From the human T2T-CHM13v2.0 reference genome, Homo sapiens: a stretch of DNA of 64,000 nt. The number at the start of each line of letters is the position of its first letter. Position 1 is the stretch's first letter. The notes beneath the pieces were generated by a model that saw only the letters and a list, made by a program, of their open reading frames with translations, made no database searches and was not told the origin of the DNA. Positions 28,014 through 41,949 of the stretch are shown piece after piece. The translations under genes were made by a program, and so were the position numbers. The stretch lies in the NCBI RefSeq assembly GCF_009914755.1, contig NC_060937.1; one strand, given 5' to 3'.

Positions 28014-28050
28014 ACATATATGTGTGTGTATATATATATATATATATGTG

Positions 28051-28091
<41 letters not shown>
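28014..28091 (+). repeat. (TA)n/(TG)n compound microsatellite
   Basis: tatatgtgtgtgtatatatatata... interrupted TA array. Confidence 0.95.
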
Positions 28092-28097
<6 letters not shown>

Positions 28098-28719
28098 GTA
28101 TATATATATATGGAAGAGAGAAAGAGAATAGTTCAGAATTACAGCCGCCTAGTAGAGATCCACAAATAATAGCCCTTGTTACTCTTGGGCATTATTATTA
28201 TTGTTGTTGTTCTCATATAATTTGATTTTCAGATCAAATATATAAGATGCAAAATATTATTACAGTAATTTTATATATAGGTAGGGAAAAAATGCAGAGA
28301 AAGCAAAATGCTTGCTCAATATTATGTGTTATGTGTCAGTTATAAAGCTGCAATTTCACTTCATTTCTTCTGTCCCTCAGTGTTTTTTTTTTTAGCACAT
28401 TGTGCTGCCACCAAGTATTTGTACAACGATTAGAGAATTGATTTTCCTGTTAAATTCATGACTATCCTGTCCCAAAGCATTTATACTACACCTATTCCAA
28501 AGAAGTTGTTCATCGGAGCAGTGCAGTATCTGAACAATTAGAGTATTCTCCGATCAGAGACAAATTCCACTCTCCTTTCGCAGAATTCTGTGCTTGTATC
28601 CCAAGGTCAAAACTTTGAAATCTGGGGCAAGGTAAAAAATATATAAGACTTTTCCATTTCTGGGAAATTCTTTATCTTTGTTCAGGATGGAAACCAATAA
28701 ATACAAATCTACTTCTCCC

Positions 28720-29330
28720 ATCACCAAATCCACCCACGTATCTGCATCTGTCTCCACCCTCCTTACTGGTTATCTTGTTATAGTGAATAAAGTCCCCGAG
28801 ATCCTACGAATGCCAGATATCTCACCACTAGCTCCCCCTTCTCAAGAACTTTACTCCCACCATCACTTCCCTTCTCTCTGCTCCATCAATTTCTCCCTCT
28901 TTTGTGCATCATTCACATTAGTATATAGACATGTTTCATCGTCTGTTATCTCAAAAAAAGAAAAAGAAAAACACCTTTGGTGGCCCTCTAGTTACTGCCC
29001 TATTTGTATTTATCCTGTCCTAGTAAGACATAAAAAGTGCCATTGTCCCCAATTTCTCAGCCATCCTTTAATTCTCAACCCAATCCAATCATGTTTTCAT
29101 CTCATGGCTCCCTAGAAATCCGTAGGTTCTCTTCCTTGTTCTTATGTCATTTGGTCTTTTAGCAGCATTTGACGCAGTTGTCCACTCCCTCCATCCTCCA
29201 TGAATGCTTCTTCTCTTGGCTTTTCGGTCAGCACATTCAGTGTGTTCTTTTCCCACTTACATCAAGGCTGCTCCATCTATGTGTCCTTGTTTGACTCTCC
29301 TCTGCCAATCTCTGGCAATCCCAAGGATGC
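28720..29330 (+). mobile_element. LINE-2 internal fragment
   Basis: tcttagcagcatttgacgcagttgtccactccctcc...cttcttctcttggctt-type L2 RT-region motifs. Confidence 0.5.
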
Positions 29331-29909
29331 AAAACATTGAGTTCCTTTCAGATTCAAGGTTCCAAAAGTATCTTCCCTCAGATTTCATGTTCCTAAGAGA
29401 TCAGATAAAAATACTCTTATTTTTGCTCTTAATTCTGGATTAGGTATTTTAAAAAGGCTTTAAGTCCTATACACAGATGCTGTCCAATATACCGTATGTC
29501 TTTCTAGGTTTATTTACCCTTCTGCTTGAATGGTGTTAATTTTCTCACTTGATTTGTTTTCCTGTTGAAAACAGCTGTCAGGGTTGCCTTTATATATGTG
29601 TGTGTGTGTTTGTATTTTAGATATTATCACTGAGAGTCTACACTTTGAAAACATTCTCTTACATAATCTCATGAACTGTCCTTATGAGATAGTGGCTGTT
29701 GTCCCTTGAGGGACAGAAACTTGAGGCTTAAAGAGTTGAAGTGTATTATTCAAGCTCAGACAGTCCACGACAGAGTCAGGATCCATCTCCACGCCTGTCC
29801 CTCTTGCTGGTGCTCTACATAAACGTGCAATCTTATATTTCACATTTCTGGAGCAAACTGGGACTGGGAAGGACATGACCATTTCTTTTGGATTTGTGAG
29901 AATGTCTTG

Positions 29910-30400
29910 GCAGGAAACAACAGAGAACTCAGTTGAACTGGAATAAATCATAATGGGATTTATCATCTCACATGAACAGAACTCTAGAGGGATGTCACAG
30001 GAAGATCAATAGCTCAGGAATGTAAGGACTCAGGTTCTGTTTTGCTGTCCTGTGTGTTGGCTTCCTCTAATGGCCAATTCTCCCCATCATTGCCAGATGG
30101 TTGAAGTAATTACAGAAGCACTCCAAAATACATTATCCAGCAATGGAAGAGGAAGGAGTTCTGACTTAAGAAAATTATCAGGGAGGAAAACTCACAGAAA
30201 CCCCCCAGTCAACATTCTCTGACATCTCATTGACAAAACTGGCTACCTATACACCTGTAAACCGGTCCTTTACAGCAATGGACCCATTGTTAACGGCCTA
30301 GACCTATCAGGATTTACGTGATTCATGGAAAGCTGGAAACCAGAAGAAAATCAGGGCTGGGTCAGAATGAAAGAAAGAAAAGTGACTGTTGTATAGAAAA
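29910..30400 (-). mobile_element. Old MLT1 (J/K-like) LTR
   Basis: cagagaactcagttgaactgg...ggatttat, acagaaaccccccagtcaac...catctcattgacaaaactgg motifs. Confidence 0.45.
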
Positions 30401-33227
30401 CCAAGAGGGTCTACTCCATCTCTCAAGGAATAATTCAGGCAGAATATCTCTGTCTGTACATTTGTGTTTGTGTGTGCTTCATTTTAAAGCTTTTTTCTCT
30501 TTTAACAAAAACTCACTTTGTGAGGAAAAGCTTTTCAGCTGCTCTTCATACATACTCTTTTTCCAACAATCTCATTAGCTACTATGTTGGCAAAAGCCTT
30601 AAACATGCATCCTGTGGTACCAAGAATGCTTAATTATCCGTCATTTGGTCTGTGACTGCTCTGTGTAAAGCGTCCAATTCTTCAAGATGTACTGAGATGC
30701 TCAGGGATTAAGCACACATTCCCAAACCATTCAGGAACTTGGGCAATTATAAAGTTTTCTCCTTGGAAACAAGTTGCCCAAGCTATATAATCTCTGATCG
30801 TAACCAACAAGTTGAACATCTTTCAGTAAATTCCCCTTGGATTCCCCGTGACCCAGATGCCCTGTGCTGGTCTCACTTTACTCTTATTTGTAGATTCACA
30901 TTTTCAGATACTTTTCCCATACTCTTTCCTATGGCTCTAAAATAAACCATATTTTCAAGTGGCATTTTAAAGTCTTACCGTAAAAGTACCTTATCAATCT
31001 GCATATTCAGTTGTGCTGCAGATCACATCTTGTCCAAGCTCACACATCAGTACATAACCTCCCTCATCCCCAATAACGTGGAAACAGATAATTATTCTAC
31101 CCTGACTCTTCATTTTACTTTATGACAAACACTGTCACAACCAAAGGACTTTCAAATGATGAATTCCAATCTTTTCCCAACTGCTCTGGTTGTCGGAGTT
31201 ACCCATGGGATACAATTAATAGCACCATTACCTCATTCCCCCAGTGGAGGCTGGACAAGTGTTTGTTGATGCCAGTGTTGCATGTCAAAATTGTTCAGCC
31301 TATTTCAAGTCCTCTTACCATCTACTGCCTATAGTTGTTAATTTTTGAGAATATAATAAAGTACAAAATAACAACACTTCTCATCTTTGCAGAGTTGACA
31401 GTTAACTAATTAGCCCATTAACTCATTTAGCCAGATTTGTACCAGTAAGTTAAGGGCTTTGGGAGGTATATTAATCCTTTAAGGCCACTAGAGCAACATT
31501 TGCAGCTAATGGGCCCATATTCCTAACTTACTACCAGGAAGGGACTAGGGTATTGTTAGGAAATAGAAACCATTAATCCTCACCGTACCCAGAGGGGCAG
31601 GTGAGAATGACTTTGCACAAATTGATGAGAAAATATGTTTTGTTTTGTTTTTCTCTTTTAAGACCAAAAAGAGACTCTGAGTTAAAACCACTGTTGGAAC
31701 TCAGTATATCCTGGCAAACAGCCCTATATTCAAATTTGAAATCTTGCCAGAATTTATTTGTTTGCCTGTTGATAGTTTTAGATCCAATACTGAGAGTGGG
31801 GAGGCAAAAGGTTTCGTGTTGGGGCATGGGTAATTCTAGCATCTGGAGTCTTTGACAGCAGGCAAGGAAAATTGTGATTTTGTTTCTATTCCATAATGTA
31901 CTTAAATAAACACTTAGTAATGTGGAATATACATCTAGATGGGTGTGTGTTGGGGAGGGGAGGGATTATGCAAAAAAGACATTTCTAACACAATTTGTGC
32001 TCTGCAGAACCAGACAGACTGTGGAAGTAAGGTGTGGGTCCTGCCCTCAACAGCCTGCAGCTTATCTGAAGGAAAAGCCTTTCGGTCCCATCTCTCCTTC
32101 TGACTCTGGTTGGACTTGGACAGGGATCTGGGGGTAGCATCTAAAACATGAGCTTATAAACTTGTACACCAAGGCAGTGGAGCAGTCACTTGTGTTAGCA
32201 TTCTACATGGGGTTTTCAGCCCTGTTTTGCCAAAAAAAAAAAAAAGAAAAAGGCATGGAGTCAAGTTACCAAATCCTGGAAGGCCAGAATTGGGAACGGC
32301 TAGTGGTAGTGATGGAAGGATGTGCAGCTAAACTTGTCGGAACAGAGAAAAGCGAATCTCTATAGAGAAATGTGGTGCAGATGGCAGCCCCAAATGTCCT
32401 TTACGTGGCTTCTGAGGCCATGTGGTATAAAGAGGAGGAGGGAGGTGCCTGGAATGGTTAAGGGTGTGGCCGGGAGCTTACCAACACATTTATAAAGTTA
32501 TTCTGATTACACATGCAGAGCCATAAATCCTTAAGGGCTCTGTGTCTGGCTGCTGCCTTTTCTTACCCGACAGATTAATCACAGTTACTATTGGGAATAA
32601 AGAGAAATTGACTTTTTCTTTCTTTAAAAGTAATATTAAAATTCCTGCTTATATAGGTTCACCATGCGATACTTAGGTTACCTACAAAACCTGCAAAGAA
32701 TCATTTTTTTTTTTAGCGATTGTGATGTGTTCCCAGGGTCCTTCCTTCCTTCAGTGCAGTTTCTGTGCCAAATCAGAAGGAAAGCTTTCATTTCAACAAT
32801 AAGTAGCATGGAATGCGGGAGAAACCACATCAGACTCTTTGACGGGACTGCGTAAAAATTCAGTGAAAGAGAAGCTTCAGTGGACTTCTATACAAAAAAG
32901 GCTGAGAGCTACAATTTAGAACACAGGAATTGTTCCTGCTTTGCTACTTTCAGTACAAGTCATTTCAAATCTCTGTAATCCATCTTTCTCCTTTGAAAAT
33001 GAACATATATATGTATTTATGTATTAATAACTCACCTTGTTTCACAAAGGTTGTAAACCTATATCTGAAAGTGTGACAAAAATGACCTCAGAAATACGTA
33101 AATGAGAAAATTGGTCAAAAAAATAAAATGAAGCTAAGGTTATTTTGGACATACATAAAGTAATTTCACTTGGTAGAAGTGGCCATGAATGTGCTTTGGA
33201 GCTTTCCACTGATAGCTGCCAAGAGGG

Positions 33228-33585
33228 TAATATGGTTTGGCTCTATGTCCCCACCCAAATCTCATCTTGAATTGCAATCCCCATGTGTCGGGGGAAGGGC
33301 CTGGTGGGAGGTGATTGAGTCATGGAGATGGACTTCCCCCTTGCTGTTCTTGTGATAGTGAGTTGCCACAAGATCTGGTTGTTTGAAAGTATGTGGCACT
33401 TCCCCCTTTGCTCATTCTCTCTCTCTCCTTCCACCGTGTAAGATGTACCCTGCTTCTCCTTCCCCTTCTACCATGATTTTAAGTTTCCTGAGGTCTCCCC
33501 AGCAATGTGGAACTGTGAGTCAATTAAACCTCTCTTCTTTATAAATTACCCAGTCTCAGGTAGTTCTTTATAATGGACTAATACA
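33228..33585 (+). mobile_element. THE1D/MSTA-like MaLR solo LTR
   Basis: taatatggtttggctctatgtccccacccaaatctcatcttgaattg ... gtgagtcaattaaacctctcttctttataaattacccagtctcagg...ggactaataca. Confidence 0.88.
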
Positions 33586-35358
33586 GTGATTACAATGATG
33601 ATGACGACAATGACAGTCATGATGAGACAAATAGCCAATATTTATTATTTACTATGTGCCAAGCACTGTGCTAAGTAAGCATATTGTTGGTGTTAACCCA
33701 TGATATCCCATCTTAAACCCTATGAGCTAGGTACTTTATTATTTCCATCTTTCAAGTAAAGAAACCAAGACTTGACCATGCAATTAACATAAACAGATTT
33801 TTCAAAGGAAATAGAATATGGAGCTTGATATTTCTCCAGGAATCACCAACGGAGGTCACAATGCAATTTAGTGACCAATATCCCCCAAAATATTTTTATG
33901 GTGAAACTGAGTTAGACAGCATTAGAAATGCATAAAGTTGTTACTTTACATTGATATCCAAGTGAAGTTCAGTTACCAAAAAACCTATCAGAAACTACAC
34001 AGCTTTGTTTCATGAATGCAGGACTCTAATGCTCTGGCTTAACCCAAAGACGTATTTTAGGGTATCTGGAGGCGTGGATAGTGCTGTTCTCCAAGGAATC
34101 TTCCTCAAATTCTATTTCAGGGTTTTTATTAAGTATTTATGCACCCTAACAAATCCTGGAATTGCAGGTGTCAATATCACTTGTCAAGTATAGCACATAG
34201 CTAGAGGTGGGATTGATTCTATCTTATCAATGTGGTGGAAACTAACCAGGACAAATAAGCAAACAGGTCATTGTAAATTCACCCAGAGAATATCCTTGGG
34301 CAGGTCCAAAACATTCCTGAATTGTTTCAAAGCCCCAGAATAATGTATAATCAAAGATCGATTAATGCATATATTCATGCTCTCATAGAAATTTTATTGG
34401 GCATGTGCCAGGTATTAAAGGGACAACGGACCCAGCCCTTGTCATCACTGAACATATGACCTAGTAATAGATACTGATAATTAAATAAATGATTAAAATA
34501 AAGCACAGTAGAACCATGATAGGATAGCTTTTTGGCCTCTGGGAACATGTGGAAATGTGTCTCCTTCCTTGTGGCAACAGGTGAGAAAAGGCTTTCCTAA
34601 GAAAATGTCATTTAAGTACAAATTAGAAGGAATAATATTAGGATCTAGTCAAGTTATTGTCACAATAATCTGCTTGGGAGAAAAGCATATTAATGCAAAT
34701 ACTACAAAATATTTACCTGGATCACTAGTAAAAATAATCAAATCAGCACCAGTAAAGCACCCACTGACTCTTCAGTATTTCTGTTAGTTGCTTTGTAAAG
34801 TGAAGCCTTAGTTAACTGAAAGGGTTGACGCACATCTAGAGCAAATTAACTATGAATCAGTTTAATGTTGACTATTCAATTGCAGGTGAGATTCATATAT
34901 TCTCAGATTTTGACAGATTCTGGAATGTCCAAGCTTTTTATAAGCTGATATATGCCAAGTCTGTATCTTCACCTGGGACAACTGCCTGTTAGATCTCCTC
35001 TTTTATGGCCTTCCCCCCGGGAAGACACGTCATAGAAGATAAGAGCAAGGCTTCTGGATCAGAAATATTCTGGGTTCAAAGTTTTCCTCTGCTCCTAATT
35101 AGCTGTGAGACCTTGGCCAAGTGACTTAAATTCTCTGTGGCTTATTTCTAAGCCTCTGGAAAGTGGAAATGACAATTTTAATCACCTGGTGAGAATCACT
35201 TCTGAAGAATACGGGAGCTGAAGCCCTGAAGCAATGAACACCATGCCTGTGCAAATGCCCAGAAAGATGCTGGTTGCTGTTGTGACAATTACATCACAAA
35301 CCAAACTCTGTCTTCCCCCATCTTTCCTCCTGAATGCCTAATTGAGTCACTGTCCTCC

Positions 35359-35666
35359 TGTTACGGGTTAAATGCTGTCCCCTAAAAATTCATATCTTGA
35401 ATTTCTAACCTCCAGTACCTCAAAATGTGGTCTTATTTGGAAATACAATTGTTGTAGGTAATTAGATAAATTAAGGTTATACCAGAGTAGGGTGTGCCCC
35501 CTACTCCAGTATAACTGGTGCCTTTATGAAAGGGGGAAATGTGGACACAGACAAGCACACAGGGAGAATGCCATATGAAACGAAGGCAGAGATTGGGAAG
35601 ATGCAACTACAAGCCAAGAAACACCAACGATTGCCAGCAAAATGCCAGAAGTTAGGAGGGAGGCCT
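35359..35666 (+). mobile_element. MLT1B/C LTR, 3'-truncated
   Basis: tgttacgggttaaatgctgtcccctaaaaattcatat...aaggcagagattgg...caagccaagaaacaccaacgattgccagc. Confidence 0.8.
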
Positions 35667-35742
35667 TTATGAAACAAACAACTAAGGAAAGAGTATTTGA
35701 GATGATTGTCATAAGAATTTAACTGAATAAACAAGGAGATCA

Positions 35743-35974
<232 letters not shown>

Positions 35975-36319
35975 TTATAGATGTGAGACTTTAACTGTAA
36001 TTTAAAAAGGTAAGCAATGCCTAGATATACTATTAAATACCTATTACACACTCTTAACTGGTAGATCAGATGACTGACTTCCAAAAAGAATTTCTTGTCT
36101 CAGGGGACATCAGATGTACATACCTAAAATAACTTGGAATTTGTTTTGACTGGACGGTGCCAAAAATAATGGAATAGAAAGTAAGAGTCCTAAGACAAAG
36201 AAAAAAGAGACCACTGCCATACAGAGGAGCCTTGGTCGGAAAAACAGTAGAGAATGTATTTGAGCCCAGCCTTTAGTATGGATAAGATATGAAAAAGTAC
36301 TTTTGTCAGTCATGAGTGC

Positions 36320-36731
36320 TGTTCACCAATATTTTTTGTCTCTTCCAGCCACTAGTAGGATTGCACATCCTGACCCCATTGTGGCTGGGTGGGACCATGT
36401 GACTAGTTTCAGGAGAGTGAAAGTGGTAGGTATCACTTCCAGATCAAAGCATTTAATGGCCAGTGTGAGTCTCTCCACAGTTCCCTTTATCCTCTGGTAT
36501 GGCAGCCAGCAACGTTCGAATTGACTGTTTCATTGCTTAACTCTGTAGCATGGTTCGAATTGGCTGTTTTATTGTTTAACTCTGTAGCATGGAAGATGAG
36601 GCTAGCTAGCCCCATGCTTGCTTTGGATAGACACGTGACTTGAACGTAAAATAAGTCTTTGTTGTTTTTAGTCATGGAGAGTTAGGGGCTGTTTAGTTAC
36701 TGAAGATAACCCAACCTCTTCTGACCGATCC
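36320..36731 (+). mobile_element. Old MLT1 (I/J-like) LTR
   Basis: gggaccatgtgactagtt...tcacttcc...aagcatttaatggccagtgtgag ... aaataagtctttgttgtttt...gttactgaagataacc. Confidence 0.6.
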
Positions 36732-37519
36732 AGCACTTGAGAAAATGCAGAAGTGAAAGCATGGATTTGGGAATGCAGAAGCCACAAGTAGGTAAATTCT
36801 TTGGAAAGCATAATTTCAAAAAAGAAGTAGGTTCTGAAAAAGAGATGAGGGAGCCCAGATTGCAGAGAATTTCACATGTCAGATTAAGAAGCGGGAACTT
36901 TTTACAGGAGGCTATTACTGGTTTTGAGGAAAGGTTAGATGAGAGAAGTTAACTTGATGCTTAATAGGAAGGAAATCATCCTTGGGAATTAAAGAGGAGG
37001 ACAGGGATGAAAAGAGCCCAGCCAGGCTACAGCAGGATGCAGATGGAAAGTGAAGAGACAAGAAGTTTTCCTGAAATGATGGCATTACCCTCCATCAAAC
37101 CAGCAAACAAAGCAAAACAAAATACATGCCACTCTGGGGGAGGATTTATAGATTCACTTCTAACCATTTGAGCTATTGGCTTAATATTTTAGATTCAAGG
37201 AAAAAGCTCTGGGTCCTTGGATTTCACTGAAGTTCATCATGTTTGAGTTATGGTTCTTGTTAGCCCTGTAATAATGTATTCTTTTTTTTAAAAGTGAAGA
37301 CTAGTAATAAAATCTTTATTATAATCCAATGCTAACATGACTCTCCCTAACTGAGAATTATGTTTGGCAGATTTAAGCAACCCCAGAAAAGATTCAGGCT
37401 AGGAATTTAGAAAGACAAGTTTGGTGAAAAGAACATTCTTATGGATGAATGTTATAGGGGCATTTCCTAAAAATATGCGATTTTGTATCCTGTCTTGTTT
37501 TTTGCTTTTAGATTTGGAA

Positions 37520-37711
37520 CTAATGGTTTTCAATGTTTAATTTATTTAAGAATGGCCAGGCGACATATTAACAAACACAGAGCCCTCAGGTCCACTGAAG
37601 AGGGATTCTGATTCAGCAAGGCTGGTGGAAGAGGGCCAGGAGCTTTCACATGAAGAAGTAGTTCAGGTGTTGCTGTACAGAGGAGCAGCAGACCACACCT
37701 GGAGGGTCACT
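37520..37711. mobile_element. MER5-like hAT-Charlie element
   Basis: gattctgattcagcaaggctgg...ggccagga...caggtg...gaccacacctggag motifs. Confidence 0.45.
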
Positions 37712-40700
37712 GCAATGACTCTGAGCTCCCAGACTCGGCCATGAGCTCTGGGCAGGCAGAGGTGTGTTTTATTTATCTTGGTACCCCAGGCGCTTAATTC
37801 CTCTGCATAGGAGGCAGAACTGCATAAGGCTGCTTTGCAGTCAGCCAGACAGACCTGGATTTCCATGCTGGCTGTAACTTACTAGCTCTGTGACAAGAGC
37901 TTTAACCTCTTTGGTCCCTTGAAAGGTGAAGATAATGACACCTTCCTCCCTGAGGCTTATGGGGCTCACATGAGGTTATGTTTCCATAGAGCTTGGCACA
38001 GGGCCTGGGGCCTGGGATTTGGAGTGAATTACTGGTACTGGTACGACAGTGAGATAGCTGGTACTCAAGAATGCTAGCACCAGGGTACAGGACTAAGGAA
38101 AAAAGTGCCAAATAGGAATCAAAGTTCTGCTTGATTAAGGGCTGAAACAGCATCCAGTACCCTCTGATGCTGAAGCCAGGTAAAAAGTGATCTAGAGAAT
38201 GTGGTTTAGACCCAGAGGCCGCTGTGAGGCACCCCAGCCTCCCGGGCAGCCTGACAGAACTAAGTACAGGGTAATCCTACCATGATGACTTGTTTTGAAG
38301 GGTTAGTGACCTTTCCTATCAGGAAACCTTGCTCCATTTGTCCTGGACTTTAACCAACGTTCTTAGAAGTTTCTTATCTTTCCTTCAGAAAGGGAGGGAG
38401 ATGAAGGGGTAGAAGAGAGAAGAAGGAAGCAGACCTTCCCCACCCCCAACCAGGCACATTGGAAGTGTTCCATAAATGGCATCTGTTGGGCTGTGATTAT
38501 GTACTATTATGACCATAAAACTCTGTGAATGTTGAGAACCGCTGACCTTTACTTAATGCTTATTCTATGATAGACTCTGTGCAAATTCTCCATGTTGTGT
38601 CTCAGTGAATCCTCACAGGAAAACCCTGGAGGTTGGTACTATTTTTATCACCATTTAGACGTAAAGGAAGTAAAGTTCCAGAAAGGTTAAATAATTTGTT
38701 CAAGTAAGTGGTGTCAAAGCTTGGCTTCTGTCTAATGAACGAGTCTTAGGATGATGTTAAAAATGGATTTCTAGTTAAGTAGAAAATAGAGGGAAAGCAT
38801 GATTTGCCCTGAGTGTGGGGTCTTTGCTGCCAACTGAGAGCTTGCATGTGTGTTAAGGGGTGAGGGGATCTACTTTGCCTTTGCAGAATGGCAGGCTATC
38901 CACAAAACACAAGATGAACAAAACAAATGAAGCCCAAGACTTTAGGCAATTTTTCTTTTACTTGTGTTAGTCAAAAATAAGAAATTACAGTTCAAGTTTT
39001 CCTGTAGTCTTAATTATAGGCCTCTGAGCTGTGAACAATATTCCAAATACTAACAATAGAGACCATCCAAAAACAAATTCTCTAGAGATCCCCCCTCCCC
39101 CCAACTCCAATGGGTCTGTTTAGGACAAGTGATAAGGAAACAATGTTCTGCATGAAGCAGCAGCAAGCCCCTAGACAGGTGAATCTTTTTCTTGTTAATG
39201 AAGTAAAATGAACATTTTTACTGATGTAAAACCAACATCAGAAATGAAAAGCCATTCTTGTTACTTACCTCGGGGCTGCAAAGGAAATATCCACTTCGCA
39301 TGTTAGCTAAGAAGTGATAAGGCACCATTAGGAGCCCGTGCCACCTCGCCTTGGCAGAGAGGACCAGGAAGAAATGGTCCTATTTTTAAAGGGCTTTTCG
39401 ACTTCTGATATGATTTGGGCCCTGTTCCTAAATCATCTTTGAATCAGAATAGCAATTCTTTTTCACCTACTTGGCTGGAATGTTAAAGAATCTTTGGAGA
39501 ATGTTCAATGAATGTCTTGAGCTCTATGTAAATAGGAAAAGTGCAGTTATTTGAGAAAAGAATATCAAAGAAGAACTTAATATTATTCCATTTTTGCTAT
39601 ATTGGGAAGCAAATGCATTTATTACAAAGTGTAAAAAGGCAGAATTATTTCACAGAATAGAGCATCCAGTGGCTGCAACATAGTAGTATTTAAGTTATCT
39701 GTTGAATGAATTAATAAATAAAAAACATGTAAATAGGAGACCTCATTAAAAACAAATTAGAAAGTTGAGCACATATAATAAATAACCATTTGTACCTACT
39801 ATTGAAATTTAGTCTTTTATCACCAAAGGAAAGCATTGTTTAATATGTGAAGAACATTAAGGCTAAAATTCAAAGATGAAAGCATGAGAGAATTAGCAAT
39901 ATCTGAGTCTCAAGCTCAAGTCTCGGCTAAGCTACCAAACTCAATTTCTATTAGATTAGGAAGAATATGCTTAGATCAGACTCAGGCAATGGGGAAATCT
40001 TGACCAAAGAATGGATGTGCTTAGGGTGTGAGGCAGGGGTGGTAACGTTAGAATCAGAGCCTGAGGGATGCCGGGGGGTTGGGGTGGGATGTATTCTTCA
40101 CTACACTTTCTATGAACTGAAGACTTCATTCCTATTCAAGGTCACCTTTGACTCTGACATTCTGAGTAGAGTGGCATCCCAACCTTGCACTAGTTAAAGA
40201 ACTCAGCCCCTTTTCCTCCATTGCCTCAATCTGCCACCCACACAAGATGTTTGTTTGTATAGAAAACTTTACAGATGGCTTGGGGTGGCAGAATCACATG
40301 GAAATCTATTTAAAAATTAATACTAGTCATCCCTGTTCTTCAAATGTTTCAACAACTCCACCACCAAAAGCTTCTTGCGGTCCAATATTTCCCCATATGC
40401 CTTTGCCTTTCTCTTTCTTGAAGCCTTTTTTTCCTTTTTACTTCCTCTTACTCCAAATTCAAGTTAGCTTCTTCTAGAAAATATTTGAGCCCTTGCTTTA
40501 ATCCAGCTCCAACCCCTCCATGCTAAGAATGGAGCATCTTCTATATAAAAACACACCAATGTAGACATGTTACCGAGCAAAACCAGCCCTCCTGAAAAGA
40601 GCTCTAAAGTTGACTCTTAAAATAACCTTCCAACACTTTTTTCCTCCTCACTAGCACAAAAAGACAATGATGATCTATCTGCACAGAACGGCAGTTTGCC

Positions 40701-41949
40701 TAACAATTATTAGCTTGCTAGCAGTTACATTTTCTTCTTCAAGCTTTGAGATCTTTGTTACTCCACCTCCTAAGTGAAACTGTTCCCATTATAAAGTTGT
40801 CAACCCATTATGGCATCTTTTCCTGTTTTAGATATGAGGAATTATTTTTGTATTTAAAAATCAACACACACACACACACACACCCCTTAGGCTTTGGTGT
40901 TGGGCCTATCTTTGGTAACTGGGAACATATCTTTGATACCCAGCTTAGGATTTGCTGAAAAGCTCCATGTTTTCAGTGACTCTTGGTTATTTGAGCCTGG
41001 GGAAGTCTGTTGTAGGATTATCAGCTTCCTATCATGAGAGCGTCTGAGGACAGAGACTTGGGATGGCAGGGCCTGCTTCCTGCTATGCTCTCGTCTGATC
41101 ACAGTACCTGTGGGATCAGCACTCTCTGCCCTCTAATCCTATCTCTCATCTGGCAGAGGAACTGTATTTAAAGCGCTTGCTTTTGAGACAGTTGGGTATC
41201 AAGATCAATTTTGCAATTTACTTTCAGAAGGATAGCAGCCTAAGTAGAGGTTTACAAAGCCCACAGATATCTTAGAATCTGACAAAAAGGAGTAAAAGCA
41301 AAAATAGGACAGAAAATGTTAAAAACACAGAAAAATAGTCTGGTATAAACTCTGTATTCAATTTTAGGAGAATCTGCCCCACAAAATGTTACTTGGACTG
41401 AATGGAAGGGTATCAAAGGGCCTCAACATGCAGCTCTTCTTCCTGAGAAGGATAAACGCCATCTGCGTACCCCACCACTAACATTGTCACTGAACAAGGA
41501 ATGAGACCCTGGGGCACAGCCTCCCCACTGGGGTTCCACTCTACTCCTGCCTCTGATATGTAGGAGCCCAACATGTATTTGTTACTCAGTGAATAAAAGC
41601 TTTATGTCTTTCTCTATCACGCAGCAATATATTGACTCTCCACTGTGGAAAATGAGGAAATTCTTGCGTCTTTACTTCCCTTGACAACCCCTCAGCTCAC
41701 TCTATGCCCAGCGTCTACTGGCCTTATCTTCACTCTGTAAGGCTTTTGAACATTCACATCTGGCCTTCAATGTAGCATAGACTTTTGAACTTGTTGTCTA
41801 GGATGACTCTAAAAATCAAAAAGCCAATAAACAACATACATAATGTGACCCTGTAAATACTCACAAATGATGTGATTGAACTCACAAACAAAAGAATAGA
41901 CACAGGTTCCTCTAACCCATGCCAAGGTCAAACGGATTCTACTCTCTTA

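Noticed and set aside
34742-34761. TCAGCACC half-site resembling a REST/RE1 element
   Set aside because: The right half-site GGACAG is absent
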